Shown in pieces: positions 9,972 through 20,700 of a stretch of 64,000 nt of DNA; the stretch's first letter is position 1, and every line of letters begins with the position of its first letter. A model generated the notes under the pieces. The model made no database searches. It had not been told where the DNA came from and worked only from the letters and a program-made list of their open reading frames with translations. The stretch comes from a virus (Duplodnaviria; Caudoviricetes), in the IMG/VR virus record IMGVR_UViG_3300022654_000689. One strand, 5' to 3'. The position numbers and the translations under genes were made by a program.

Positions 9972-10011
9972 ATAATTACAACTATAACATTATAGTTATA
10001 GTTGTAATTAT
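9972..10011. terminator. Inverted repeat, likely intrinsic terminator
   Basis: ATAATTACAACTATAAC / GTTATAGTTGTAATTAT downstream of the 423-aa gene. Confidence 0.6.
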
Positions 10012-10070
10012 AATTTTATAAAAATCAAGACCTACAATAAACGGATATAAATCTCTGGTTCTAAATTTAC

Positions 10071-11342
10071 TTAAAATGAGCATCTTAACGCTGCTGTATA
10101 TAATGCGAAACCATAATAATAACTAGGACTACTATTATCAGCAAATACTCTTATAACATCTCCTTTTTTAACTGTTAACTCTTTTTGTATCAGATATGCC
10201 TGCATGTCATCATTGTCATAAGTAAGTGCATCCCATATTCCAGTATTTGGTATTGTCATAGTCGGTGTATTAGATGTAGTACAGTCATCAGTTGAATATA
10301 AACTATCGTTTATATAACAATATAATTTAGTACCACTACGACCAGTACATAACAATACTGTTTCAAATCTTACTGTACCTGAAACTGGCATTTCAAAACC
10401 TTCAATAAGATTAGCTCCTTCTGCAGCCCATTCACTACCACCATAATAAGCTGCATTAGCATCATAATATATACATACATTAGTATTTTCTGGTATAGGT
10501 GTATTTAATTCACAGCTATTAGCATTCTTTCTATCAAACTCTTCATCTGTTTTAACTATTAAATCAGCCATAGTATCCTCTTCTAAAACCTCTACACCTT
10601 CATCTTCAAGTACAGAAGCAAGAGAGTCTCTAAGAGTAGTATCTTCTTCTCCTACTCCATATGCAACCCAATTACATTTTGTATTAGTACCATAATAACT
10701 AGGTATATCAGCAGATAACGCAAATTCACCTTCTCTAACATAAGTATTAGTTCCATCTAATACGACCGATACTGCCAATTCACTTTTAGATGTTGTAGCA
10801 TAATAATATTCTGACGTAGTTGTAGATTTTAAAGAATTGTACATAAAACGTATAGCACCGCTATTCCATACAAAGATCAAATCAGGTGTAAACGAAAAAC
10901 CTGAAACACTACATATTAAAGGTTTTGATGTATCTGCAGATATTGCGTTTACTGTACCACTAGCCATCTGTATGCCTTTACCTTCATTATCTGCCAATGT
11001 AGCTAACTTATCTATTAAAGCTTTAAACTTATCTCCACTTTCTATAGCAACACCATTAATCATCATATTAGTTTTAAATGTATTTAGAAGACTATTTATA
11101 TCTCCACTCATATCATTAAAAGTATCCTCTGCACTTAGAGGCTCTCCAATAGCGTCAGCTATAAGTTCTTTACCATCATTAACACCTTGATTTAGTTCGT
11201 TAACCGCATTAACTACATTATCTTTATTAGTAGTTTGCAAATTATTAAGTTCACCTATATTACTGCTAGCCACATTATACTTACCATCAACATAATTTTT
11301 AACACGTTCTAATGAATTTCTTAATATTTCCGATATATTCAT
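10071..11342 (-). CDS. Putative fibre tip / receptor-binding protein (paralog 2)
   Basis: The N-terminal ~128 aa and an internal ~50 aa block are near-identical to 11643-13319; other segments are unrelated. Confidence 0.65.
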   Translation of the reverse strand: MNISEILRNSLERVKNYVDGKYNVASSNIGELNNLQTTNKDNVVNAVNELNQGVNDGKELIADAIGEPLSAEDTFNDMSGDINSLLNTFKTNMMINGVAIESGDKFKALIDKLATLADNEGKGIQMASGTVNAISADTSKPLICSVSGFSFTPDLIFVWNSGAIRFMYNSLKSTTTSEYYYATTSKSELAVSVVLDGTNTYVREGEFALSADIPSYYGTNTKCNWVAYGVGEEDTTLRDSLASVLEDEGVEVLEEDTMADLIVKTDEEFDRKNANSCELNTPIPENTNVCIYYDANAAYYGGSEWAAEGANLIEGFEMPVSGTVRFETVLLCTGRSGTKLYCYINDSLYSTDDCTTSNTPTMTIPNTGIWDALTYDNDDMQAYLIQKELTVKKGDVIRVFADNSSPSYYYGFALYTAALRCSF

Positions 11343-11374
11343 TTATATTTCCTCCTTTTATAATATTATCTTAA

Positions 11375-11386
11375 TATTAATTTGTT
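11375..11386 (-). promoter_or_regulatory. Late promoter AACA-N6-TA
   Basis: AACAaattaaTA upstream of 11342. Confidence 0.7.
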
Positions 11387-11420
11387 AATATGCTATTATA
11401 TCTTTAATATAGTTATTTTT

Positions 11421-11579
11421 CTAACTAGATTTTACTTTAACGAGTTGAACTATCATTCTATTACCTGCTTCAGCTACTTCTCATACTCCAGGATTACTAG
11501 ATTTAACACAAAGTCACATTACCTCATCATTTGCATTTTCATCGATATTAACAATTAAATCGACTTTAACAAAATATAC
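11421..11579 (-). pseudogene. Decayed fragment of a tail-protein gene
   Basis: Reads VYFVKVDLIVNIDENANDEVM*LCVKSSNPGV*EVAEAG. The two TGA codons fall where Trp occurs in the WxCxxxGxPGxW motif of phage tail proteins. Confidence 0.5.
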
Positions 11580-11594
11580 TTCTAATATTGTTAA

Positions 11595-11630
11595 AAGAAA
11601 AATAGAATATAGTCAAAGACTATATTCTAT
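11595..11630 (-). terminator. Intrinsic terminator
   Basis: ATAGAATATAGTC-aaa-GACTATATTCTAT with a U-tract on the minus strand, after the 558-aa gene. Confidence 0.7.
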
Positions 11631-11642
11631 AATTAAAAATAA

Positions 11643-13319
11643 TTAGTATAGTTCTATATCAGAGATATATACAGTTCCTGAATGTTGATCCTCTGAATGA
11701 ATAGCAAATCCTAAATAATATGAACCACTCCAATTTGATATATCTATTTCAAATTCTAACGGTTCCATTACACTACGAGCTTCTGTTATTAAAACCTCAC
11801 ATTTATCTACAGCACCTAAACCAGTTAATACTGAATTTATATTAACTGAGTTATGAGTAGAACTACGTGTTCCACTAAATGCTACTATTTTAGTTGGAAG
11901 CTCTCCATAATCATCTGAAGTGAAGAAACTATGTCGAGCTTTAATTCTTATTTTATTAAAATCTGAGAAATTGATCAATGTTTTAAGAGTTGAACCACTT
12001 CTGTTATGACCATCATAATCTCCAACACTACCAGAAAGACCAGAGCCTTTTAATTGTAAACCATCCGTAGTACTGTATAAAACAAATGGGCTTGATGTGT
12101 TAAATATAAAGTTTCCTCCAGTTACATATGCTTTATCTTCCATTATAGATACTGATTTTTGAGTTAATTGTTCCCATTGTGAGTTTCTATAAATATACGA
12201 TGACAATCTTGTAGTATGCCCTTGTAATACTTTATATATATAGTAATTATGTTTAATGTTATTCGTATTAACAGTTACTAAATTACCAAGATGCCCATCA
12301 TGAGTAGTAGAATCTCCTACATATAATGTAATACCATCATCATTGTTATATACATCATCATAATTTGAAGTTATGTAAAATAAATTAACTGGATTATCTG
12401 TTATTACACATATTTGATTTTCTTTACCAGTAGCAGGTAATTCAGTGGCACTTATTATATCTAATCCTTTATTAGCATTTTTTCTATCAAACTCTTCGTC
12501 AGTTTTAACTATTAAATCAGCCATAGTATCTTCTTCTAAAACCTCTACATCTTCATCTTCAAGTACAGAAGCAAGAGAGTCTCTAAGAGTATTATCTTCT
12601 TCTCCTACTCCTATTGCATACCAAGTAAATTCTGTAGCTTCAATTGGTACATCATGTACAGCTAACCTAAATCCATTATCAGATAGTGCATTAGTAAAAT
12701 TAAATCTGTTCCCTTCTTCATAAGAAGTGTTAGTTATTCCTTTAATAAAATAAGTACAAATAACATTATTATCGTAAAAATCTGTTGTTATTCCTATTGC
12801 ATTATAATCATTACCGTCAGTTAATTTAGCGTTTGCAATTACTAAATTTGGTTTAAATGATAAATCTGTTACTACTAAACCGTATGCGTATATACTTCGA
12901 TGCTCAATATCAACTAACTCACCGGTAAATGTACCTGAAGCTAACTGCATTCCTCTGCCTTCATTATCTGCTAATGTAGCTATCTTATCTATAAGTTGTT
13001 TAAACTTATCTCCACTTTCTACTGTTACTCCATTATTCATCATATTAGTCTTAAATGTAGTTAATAATCCATTTATATCTCCACTCATATCATTAAAAGT
13101 ATCCTCTGCGCTTAGAGGTTCTCCAATAGCGTCAGCTATAAGTTCTTTACCATCATTAACACCTTGATTTAGTTCGTTAACCGCATTAACTACATTATCT
13201 TTATTAATAGTTTGCAAATTATTAAGTTCACCTATATTATTACTAGCAGTATTATATTTACCATCAACATAATTTTTAACACATTCTAATGAATTTCTTA
13301 ATATTTCCGATATATTCAT
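11643..13319 (-). CDS. Putative fibre tip / receptor-binding protein (paralog 1)
   Basis: IGELNNLQT.NKDNVVNAVNEL fibre motif; C-terminal IDISNWSGSYYLGF...VYISDIELY domain. Confidence 0.65.
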   Translation of the reverse strand: MNISEILRNSLECVKNYVDGKYNTASNNIGELNNLQTINKDNVVNAVNELNQGVNDGKELIADAIGEPLSAEDTFNDMSGDINGLLTTFKTNMMNNGVTVESGDKFKQLIDKIATLADNEGRGMQLASGTFTGELVDIEHRSIYAYGLVVTDLSFKPNLVIANAKLTDGNDYNAIGITTDFYDNNVICTYFIKGITNTSYEEGNRFNFTNALSDNGFRLAVHDVPIEATEFTWYAIGVGEEDNTLRDSLASVLEDEDVEVLEEDTMADLIVKTDEEFDRKNANKGLDIISATELPATGKENQICVITDNPVNLFYITSNYDDVYNNDDGITLYVGDSTTHDGHLGNLVTVNTNNIKHNYYIYKVLQGHTTRLSSYIYRNSQWEQLTQKSVSIMEDKAYVTGGNFIFNTSSPFVLYSTTDGLQLKGSGLSGSVGDYDGHNRSGSTLKTLINFSDFNKIRIKARHSFFTSDDYGELPTKIVAFSGTRSSTHNSVNINSVLTGLGAVDKCEVLITEARSVMEPLEFEIDISNWSGSYYLGFAIHSEDQHSGTVYISDIELY

Positions 13320-13360
13320 TTATATCTCCTCCTTATTCATTTTTTTTTAAATTCACCAAC

Positions 13361-13510
13361 CTATCCTTCGAATATTGAATTCATTAGTTCATCTAATTCC
13401 TCTTCAGTTATTAATTCAGCTTCAGCCATATTACATTTATTATCAACATATTCTTTAAGAACGCCTAATACGTTTTTTAATTCTTGCATTGATATTGTTT
13501 TTTCTTGCAT
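13361..13510 (-). CDS. 49-aa adaptor-like micro-protein, copy 2 (not in ORF track)
   Basis: RBS AAGGAG; MQEKTISMQELKNVLGVLKEYVDNKCNMAEAELITEEELDELMNSIFEG*; duplicated at 13779-13928. Confidence 0.8.
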   Translation of the reverse strand: MQEKTISMQELKNVLGVLKEYVDNKCNMAEAELITEEELDELMNSIFEG

Positions 13511-13533
13511 TTTAATCGTCTCCTTAATTTATT

Positions 13534-13716
13534 TTATAATTTTGAATGTATTTCATTGATAGCATTTACTAAATTACTTTTGTCATTTGTATTTAATAAT
13601 TCTAAATTACCTATACGATTAGATATACTATCAGCATTACCTTCTAAATTAAATTTATTATCAGTATATAATTTAATTCTTTCTAATGTTTTTTCTAGTA
13701 TTTGTGTTATTGTCAT
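13534..13716 (-). CDS. 60-aa protein similar to the N-terminus of the fibre tip paralogs
   Basis: MTITQILEKTLERIKLYTD...IGNLELLNTNDKSNLVNAINE versus MNISEILRNSLERVKNYVD...IGELNNLQTTNKDNVVNAVNE. Confidence 0.75.
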   Translation of the reverse strand: MTITQILEKTLERIKLYTDNKFNLEGNADSISNRIGNLELLNTNDKSNLVNAINEIHSKL

Positions 13717-13778
13717 TTATATTCACATCCTTTTATTTAGATTTTAGATATATTTACTTCAGCTCCAAATAATTTCGA

Positions 13779-13928
13779 TTATCCTTCAAATATTGAATTC
13801 ATTAGTTCATTTAATTCGTCTTCAGTTATTAGTTCAGCTTCAGCCATATTACATTTATTATCAACATATTCTTTAAGAACACCTAATACGTTTTTTAATT
13901 CTTGCATTGATATTGTTTTTTCTTGCAT
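13779..13928 (-). CDS. 49-aa adaptor-like micro-protein, copy 1 (not in ORF track)
   Basis: RBS GAGGAG; MQEKTISMQELKNVLGVLKEYVDNKCNMAEAELITEDELNELMNSIFEG*; 47/49 aa identical to copy 2. Confidence 0.8.
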   Translation of the reverse strand: MQEKTISMQELKNVLGVLKEYVDNKCNMAEAELITEDELNELMNSIFEG

Positions 13929-13957
13929 TTTAATCGTCTCCTCTTAATTTATTTTAT

Positions 13958-14176
13958 TTAAGATCCAAATACTGATAAAAAGATATTATTTAATTCCTCT
14001 TCAGTCATTGGCTCTATAGGCATTTTAGACTCAATTTTTGTATTAACTTCATTTATTTCTTGTTCCAATACTGTATCTAATGTACTGTTATTATAACCAT
14101 CTACATATACGCAATCTGCTCTAGTTATAGGCCATATTTGATTTCCATTTTCTTTAAGAATTTTTTTGTTGGCCAT
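13958..14176 (-). CDS. 72-aa adaptor-like protein
   Basis: N-terminal KKILKENGNQIWPITRADCVY and C-terminal MTEEELNNIF modules shared with neighbours. Confidence 0.75.
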   Translation of the reverse strand: MANKKILKENGNQIWPITRADCVYVDGYNNSTLDTVLEQEINEVNTKIESKMPIEPMTEEELNNIFLSVFGS

Positions 14177-14197
14177 TTATAACCCCTCCCTTTCATA

Positions 14198-15067
14198 CTA
14201 TATTCCAACTGCTGTAAATATTGCATTTAACTCATCTTCAGTTATATCATCTATTTTAGTATCAAGTTCATTATTTAAATTATTTATTTCTGTTTGTAAT
14301 TCATTAATACATGCAACCATATTATCTTTTGCATCAGTTAATAATTCATCACCATTTCCAATTGAAGTTAATAAAGTGTTTATAGATGTATCAAAATAAC
14401 TTAAATAAGCTGTTAGTTGGGTACCATCATCATCAATTACAGTATTGAAACGTACCATCGGGCTTATTATTCTTTCGCCTTTAATTAATGTATGAGAATC
14501 ATAAACTTCGCCTTCTTGAAATAAGGTACTCTGAATAAAATTAGCTGCTGCAACACTTGTATCTAATTTATTACCATTTAAAACTTCTAACGCTCCCGTT
14601 ATTTCAGCAACTTCCCCATTTATAACTTCATTGATATCTTCTATTTTACCATCGATTTCAGTTTCAGTATAATATCTGTTATCGTGATTATGAGTAGTTA
14701 CATCACCAGTTAACTTAGCTTCTATTTCAGCTTTAGTTATATCACTATTTTTTTGAGCATCAACAGGAGCATGCGCGGCTTGTGAGTGATCATAAGCTAT
14801 TTTCCCTCTATCGCCTCTATAAGCTGTAGTAGAAGTTTCTCCTAATATAGGTGCGAAAGTTGAAGGCTTATTAGTCACATCATTCCAGTTAGGAACCCAA
14901 GTATTAGACCTAGCCCCTACTTCATCAGCAGTATGGGTATGTGATATATCTGATTTTCCAGCCAATGCACTAACTAAAGTATTAGAAGTACCAGGCATAT
15001 ATACAGCATCAGCTCTGGTAATAGGAATTATATTTTCAGTGCCTAATTTAAGTATTTTTTTAGCCAT
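14198..15067 (-). CDS. Short fibre protein
   Basis: HTHTADEVGA, WNDVTNKPSTF, LGETSTTAYRGDRGKIAYDH and HNHDNRYYTETEID phage fibre motifs. Confidence 0.75.
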   Translation of the reverse strand: MAKKILKLGTENIIPITRADAVYMPGTSNTLVSALAGKSDISHTHTADEVGARSNTWVPNWNDVTNKPSTFAPILGETSTTAYRGDRGKIAYDHSQAAHAPVDAQKNSDITKAEIEAKLTGDVTTHNHDNRYYTETEIDGKIEDINEVINGEVAEITGALEVLNGNKLDTSVAAANFIQSTLFQEGEVYDSHTLIKGERIISPMVRFNTVIDDDGTQLTAYLSYFDTSINTLLTSIGNGDELLTDAKDNMVACINELQTEINNLNNELDTKIDDITEDELNAIFTAVGI

Positions 15068-15121
15068 ACTTGTCTATTTCTCCTTTCTATCATATCATAA
15101 TACCTCTTAAAATAAATAACA

Positions 15122-15133
15122 TATAAATTTGTT
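15122..15133 (-). promoter_or_regulatory. Late promoter AACA-N6-TA
   Basis: AACAaatttaTA upstream of 15067. Confidence 0.65.
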
Positions 15134-15218
15134 TTTATAATGTTGGAAAGGTATTACTTTCTTAATCATATAATTATTTTATTAAAACTTTAAATGGTTA
15201 AAGGTAAATAATAAAATA

Positions 15219-15244
15219 GAAGAATAGGTGTACACCTATTCTTC
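15219..15244 (-). terminator. Intrinsic terminator
   Basis: GAAGAATAGGTG-ta-CACCTATTCTTC just after the stop of the Ala-rich gene. Confidence 0.65.
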
Positions 15245-15256
15245 ATTAAATAAATC

Positions 15257-17680
15257 TTATAAATCAGCAAGATTTCCTGTAAAGTCTTCAGCAGTTATAT
15301 GAGTAGCAGCTGCAGTTTCTAAAGCAGATATTCTATTAGCAGCGTCTACGTTTTCTAAAACTTTAACACGTCCCATTAATCCTTTACTATCGTCTCCAAC
15401 TACTACTTCTAAAGCGTCTATTTCTCCTTGAGCAGCATCTGCAGCATCTTGAGCAGCTTTTATAGCAGCATCTTTTCCGTCAGCTTGTTCTTTAGCATAA
15501 GCTTTAGCTTGAGCTAATATACCAGTTGTTTCGTTATTTATAGCAGCTATAGCTTCAGCATTTGCATCAGCATCGTCTTGAGCAGCGTCTGCAGCATCTT
15601 TAGCAGCTTGTATAGCAGCATCTTTTTCGTCAGCATAATCTTTAGCTTGTTTTAATATACCTGTTTCAGCATTGTTTATAGCATCTATAGCAGCTTGTAA
15701 TTGATCATGAGTATGAGCTGCAACGAAACTTTCAACAGCTGAAACTCTTCCAGCTAATGCGTCATCAGCATCTTTTCTAAGTTTAGCTTCATCAGCAACA
15801 GCTTTAGCAACAGATCCTGCTACTTCAGCTCCACCATTTAATACGCCTATAGCAGTTTCATTAGCTCCAACTCTAGCAACTAAAGCTTGAGCAGCAGCTC
15901 CATCATCAGTTATATATTTTTGGATTTCTTTTAATGTATCAACAGCAGCTTCTCCAGTGTCAGCAGCAGCCATGAAAGCATCTATATCCTCTTGAGCAGC
16001 TTTAGCAGCAGCTAATGCACCTGCAGCGTCAGCTTTAGCAGCAGCTTCAGCTTCGTCTATAGCAGCTTGTACAGTAGCTTTCTTTAATCCAACGAATTTA
16101 GCTTCGTTAGCTTCAACTCTGTCTTCTAAGTTTCCAGCAGCAGTATTAACATCAGCAACTAATTCATCAGCATATGCTTTAGCATCAGCTAATGCTTTTT
16201 TAACTGATCCGTCTCCATTTCCTTCTATAACAGCTAATCTGTCATTTTGAGCTTTGTCTTTAGCAGGTTGAGCAGCAACAAATGCTTCGTTAGCAGCTAT
16301 TCTAGTTTCGAATCCGCTTTCTACACCTTTAGCTCTAGTTTCTTCAGCTTTAACAGCTTTAGCAACAGATCCTTCTACGTCAGCTCCACCATTTAATACG
16401 TTTATAGCAGCTAGGTTGTCAGCTATTCCTTGTTCCATAACACTATGGTCATGATTTTGTTTGAAGTCTTCAACAGCTTCTAATCTGTCTACTAATCCAC
16501 CTTCGTCATCTAATCTTTTTTCTACAGCGTCTACTTCACCTTGAGCTTTATCTGCAGCTTGTTGAGCAGCATTAGCTAATCCTGCTATTCTTTCGTCTTC
16601 AGCTTCTAAATCTTCAACAGCTTTGTTAACAGCAGCTTCTATAGCAGCGTCAACACCTTGTTCCCCAACTTTTCCTTCTAACGCAGTGATTCTTCCATCT
16701 AAACCATTTTCTGCACCTGTAGCTCTAGTAACTTCAGCAGCTATTTTATTAGCTAAAGAACCTTCTTTATCAGCATTTTTTTCGTCAGCTAAAGCTTGTT
16801 CTACAGCGTCTACTTCACCTTGAACACCATCTATTCTTCCACCTAAAGCAGTATCAGCAGCAGCAAATTCTCCTCTTATAGCAGCTTCTACACCTTCTGC
16901 TCTTTCTTTTTCAACTTTAACATCAGCATCTATTTCAGCTTGTAATTCAGTTTTTAAAGCAGTATCTGCAGCAGCAAATGCAGCTTCTGCATCGTCTATT
17001 TCTTTTTGTAAAGCAGCTTTTAAAGCATCATCTTTGGCTTTAGCATCTGCAGCAGCTTGAACTAATAAACCATTTTCAGCATTATTTATAGCATCTATAG
17101 CATTTTGTAATTTTAAATCTTCAGCAGCAAATTCGCTTCTTAATTCACCATGATCAGCTTCTAATTCATTAACTCTTTTAATTAATCCACCTTCAGCATT
17201 TCCTACTACACCTTCTAAAGTGTCTACTTCACCTTGAGCTTTATCTGCAGCTTGTTGAGCAGCATCTGCAGCATCTGCAGCAGCTTTTATAGCGTTAGCA
17301 ACAGCTCCGCCTTCTTTATTAGCATTTTCTAATGCTAATATTTTAGCATCTTGAGCAGAGTCTATAGCAGGTTGAGCTTTAACAAATGCTTCGTTAGCAG
17401 CAACTCTTCCTTCTAAGTTTTCATCTTTAGCTTTTAAATCAGCAACATCTTTAACTAATCCCTTAGAAGCATCTCCAACTGTACCTTCTAAAGCATCTAA
17501 TCTACCATCAGTAGCAGTCATATAATTTTTTAAAGCTGAACCTTCTCCACCGCCTATGTCAGCTTTCATAGCTTCAAGGACTTCATTTAATAATTTTCCT
17601 TCTTCACAAACAACACAGTCCATTTTCGTAATAGGTAATATTTGTTCTTCACCTATTTTAAGTATTTTTTTGCTCGCCAT
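15257..17680 (-). CDS. Ala-rich coiled-coil fibre shaft protein (~807 aa)
   Basis: Heptad-rich AADAAQ/EVDALE repeats, DTLKEIQKYI and GSVAKAV motifs. Start MASKK at 17680 after AAGGAG. Strongly biased GCT/GAA codons suggest high expression. Confidence 0.75.
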   Translation of the reverse strand: MASKKILKIGEEQILPITKMDCVVCEEGKLLNEVLEAMKADIGGGEGSALKNYMTATDGRLDALEGTVGDASKGLVKDVADLKAKDENLEGRVAANEAFVKAQPAIDSAQDAKILALENANKEGGAVANAIKAAADAADAAQQAADKAQGEVDTLEGVVGNAEGGLIKRVNELEADHGELRSEFAAEDLKLQNAIDAINNAENGLLVQAAADAKAKDDALKAALQKEIDDAEAAFAAADTALKTELQAEIDADVKVEKERAEGVEAAIRGEFAAADTALGGRIDGVQGEVDAVEQALADEKNADKEGSLANKIAAEVTRATGAENGLDGRITALEGKVGEQGVDAAIEAAVNKAVEDLEAEDERIAGLANAAQQAADKAQGEVDAVEKRLDDEGGLVDRLEAVEDFKQNHDHSVMEQGIADNLAAINVLNGGADVEGSVAKAVKAEETRAKGVESGFETRIAANEAFVAAQPAKDKAQNDRLAVIEGNGDGSVKKALADAKAYADELVADVNTAAGNLEDRVEANEAKFVGLKKATVQAAIDEAEAAAKADAAGALAAAKAAQEDIDAFMAAADTGEAAVDTLKEIQKYITDDGAAAQALVARVGANETAIGVLNGGAEVAGSVAKAVADEAKLRKDADDALAGRVSAVESFVAAHTHDQLQAAIDAINNAETGILKQAKDYADEKDAAIQAAKDAADAAQDDADANAEAIAAINNETTGILAQAKAYAKEQADGKDAAIKAAQDAADAAQGEIDALEVVVGDDSKGLMGRVKVLENVDAANRISALETAAATHITAEDFTGNLADL

Positions 17681-17718
17681 TACAATATCTCTCCTTTTCA
17701 TATAAGTTTTATTTTCAA

Positions 17719-17730
17719 TATTAATTTGTT
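17719..17730 (-). promoter_or_regulatory. Late promoter AACA-N6-TA
   Basis: AACAaattaaTA upstream of 17680. Confidence 0.7.
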
Positions 17731-17735
17731 ATCGA

Positions 17736-17758
17736 AAGCGGGAATAATATTCCCGCTT
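17736..17758. terminator. Hairpin, likely terminator
   Basis: AAGCGGGAATA-a-TATTCCCGCTT after the 1328-aa gene. Confidence 0.6.
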
Positions 17759-17770
17759 CATTAATCTGTT

Positions 17771-20700
17771 TTATATATCTAAATCAGGGTATACTGTTGT
17801 ATCTTTAGTTGGTACAGCAGTTATATAATAAAGAGTTAATGTAGGATATGCAGGATCTTTAGCAGGTACATCTGCTTTAGTAGCTAATAAGTTTTCTAAT
17901 TCTTGAAGTTCATCCTTAGTAGCTAATCCTGTCATGTCTAATGATCCACCAGGTAATTGAGCTTCTGTTATTTTGTTATTAACGTAGTTCTCAGTAGCTA
18001 ATCCTTCTAAATCAGTTTTATCAGCTTTAGTAGCTAATGTATTAGTCATAGTTGTAGCAAAGTTAGGATCATTACCTAAAGCTTGAGCTAACTCATTTAA
18101 AGCATTTAATGTATCAGGAGCTTGCCCTACTAAATCTCCTATTTTAGTATCTACATATTCAGTAGTAGCTTTATTATCCCAAAGTGTAACTCTATCAGCA
18201 TTGATGTTATCTAATACTTCTTTATTAGCATGAGTATGAAGATCAGTTTTATCAGCTTTTAATTCTAATGCAGCGTCAACATCAGATTGATTAGCTTTTT
18301 TACTAACTTCTTCTTTAGTTTCATATACTGTTAAGTCAGGCTTTTCAGTTAATTCATTATAAGAACCGCTAAATTCTGATTTACTATCCCAAGCAGCTAC
18401 TTTAGCAGCATCTATTCCATCTAACACTTGTTTATTAGCATGCTCATGAGTATCAGCTTCAAGTGTTTCAAGTCTTTCTTTTACATCAGTATCATCGTAA
18501 TTATCAACATTAGCTAATCTTGCTATTTCAGTATCAGCAACTAATGATTTTCCTTCTACTTTATCTACTTTAAGATCTAAATCAGCTTTATCAGCTTTAA
18601 CATCTAACGCAGTATTCATTTCGTCAACCATAACTATTTCTTCAGGCACGTCTGATAAATCGTTAAATGAACCACTGAATAGTACTGGTAAATCCTCTAA
18701 GTCATTATATGAACCACTGAATTCTGATTTTTCATCCCAAGCAGCAACTTTAGCAGCGTCGATATTATCAAGAACTTGTTTATTAGCATGTTCATGAGTA
18801 TCCGCTTCAAGAGCAACAAGTCTATTTTTCACATCAGTATCATCATAGTTTTGTAACTCAGCTAATCTTGCTATTTCAGTGTCAGCTACTAATGATTTTC
18901 CTTCTAATTTATCTACTTTCTTATCTAAATCAGCTTTAGCAGCATAATCTTCATCATGATTATGATCTCCAGCTGCTTTATTATCCCAAGCAGTTATTTT
19001 TTCAGCAGTTAAAGCATCTAATAAATCTTTATTAGCATGTTCATGAAGATCAGTTTTGTCAGCTTTTAATTGTAAAGCATTATCAACATCAGTTGTATTA
19101 GCTTTGTCTTTTATAGCTGTTGATAATTCTTCGTCAGTAACAAATATTTCTAAGTTAGCTCCATCACTTTCTAATTGAGCTTTTTGTATTGCTTCATCTA
19201 TATATCCTTTAGTACCATAATTATCTAATTCAGTAGATAACATTCCAGTAGTAACATGATCAGTTGGTTTACCTTCTAGGTCTTCATATTTTCCACTGAA
19301 GTTAGATTTCGCATTCCAAGAATCTATTAAATCTTGATTTATTTGGTCTAACGCATCTTTATTTTCATGTTCATGAAGATCAGTTTTATCAGCTTTAAGA
19401 GATAATGCTTGGTCTACGTCTTCTTTTTTAGCTAATGGCTCTAAATCAGTAGATTTAGCTAATCCTTCTATAGATGGTATTTCAGGAGTATCAGTTAAAT
19501 CAGTATATGAACCACTGAATTCTGATTTACTATCCCATGCAGCAACTTTAGCAGCGTCGATATTATCTAGTACAGCTTTATTAGCATGACTATGTAAATC
19601 TCCAGAATTAGCTTTTCCGTCGATTAATTCTCTTAATTCAGAATCGTCATAGTTTTGTAATTCAGCTAATCTTGCAATTTCAGTATCAGCTATTAATGAT
19701 TTACCTTCAACTTTATCTACTTTTCCATCTAAATCAGCTTTAGCGGCATAATCTTCGTCATGATTATGATCAGCTTCAGCTTTATTATCCCAAGCAGCTA
19801 TTTTTTCAGCATTTATTCCATCTAAAGCTTCTTTATTTTCATGGTTATGTAATTCAGATTTATCAGCTTTTAATGCTAATGTCGCATCAACATCTGCCTG
19901 ATTAGCTAGAGGTCTTATAGCATCAGCTAATTCAGAATCAGTAACAAATCCTGAAAGGTCTACTTCTTCTCCTTCTAATTTAGCTTTTGCTATTTCTTCT
20001 GTAACATATTCTTTAGAAGCATAGCTTTCTAATTCAGTAGATAACATTCCAGTAGTAACATGATCAGTTGGTTTACCTTCTAAATCTTCATATTTTCCAC
20101 TGAAATTAGATTTAGCATTCCATGCATCTATTTGATCTTGATTAATTTGAGCTAACGCGTCTGCATTTTCATGGTTATGTAATTCAGATTTATCAGCTTT
20201 TAATGCTAATGCTTGATTTACATCTTCTGATTTAGCTAATGGTTCTAAGTCAGTAGATTTAGCTAATCCTTCTATACTAGGTATTTCAGGTTTATCAGTT
20301 AAATCATTATAAGAACCACTGAATTCTGATTTTTCATCCCAAGCAGCAATTTTAGCATCATCGATTTTGTCAAGAACTGCTTTATTATTATGAGTATGTA
20401 AATCAGTTTTATCAGCTTTTAATCCTAAAGCATTATCAACATCAGTTTGATTAGCTTTTGCATTTACTTCTTCTTTAGTAGCAAATCCAACTAAATCATT
20501 TTGTTCTACTTTAGCATTTAAAGCTTCTCGTATTTCAGAATCATCATAGTTATCAACTTTGGATAATCTTTCAATTTCTTCGTCATCTACTAAAGATTTA
20601 CCTTCAATTTTATCTACTTTTCCATCTAAATCAGTTTTATCAGCTTTTAATCCTATTTGATTAGAAACAGTAGTAGCAAAACTTGCATCGTCTTTTAATG

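Larger units (their letters stand above)
13361..13955. repeat. Direct duplication of ~175 bp (13361-13537 and 13779-13955)
   Basis: Near-identical nucleotide copies including RBS and leader. Confidence 0.85.
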
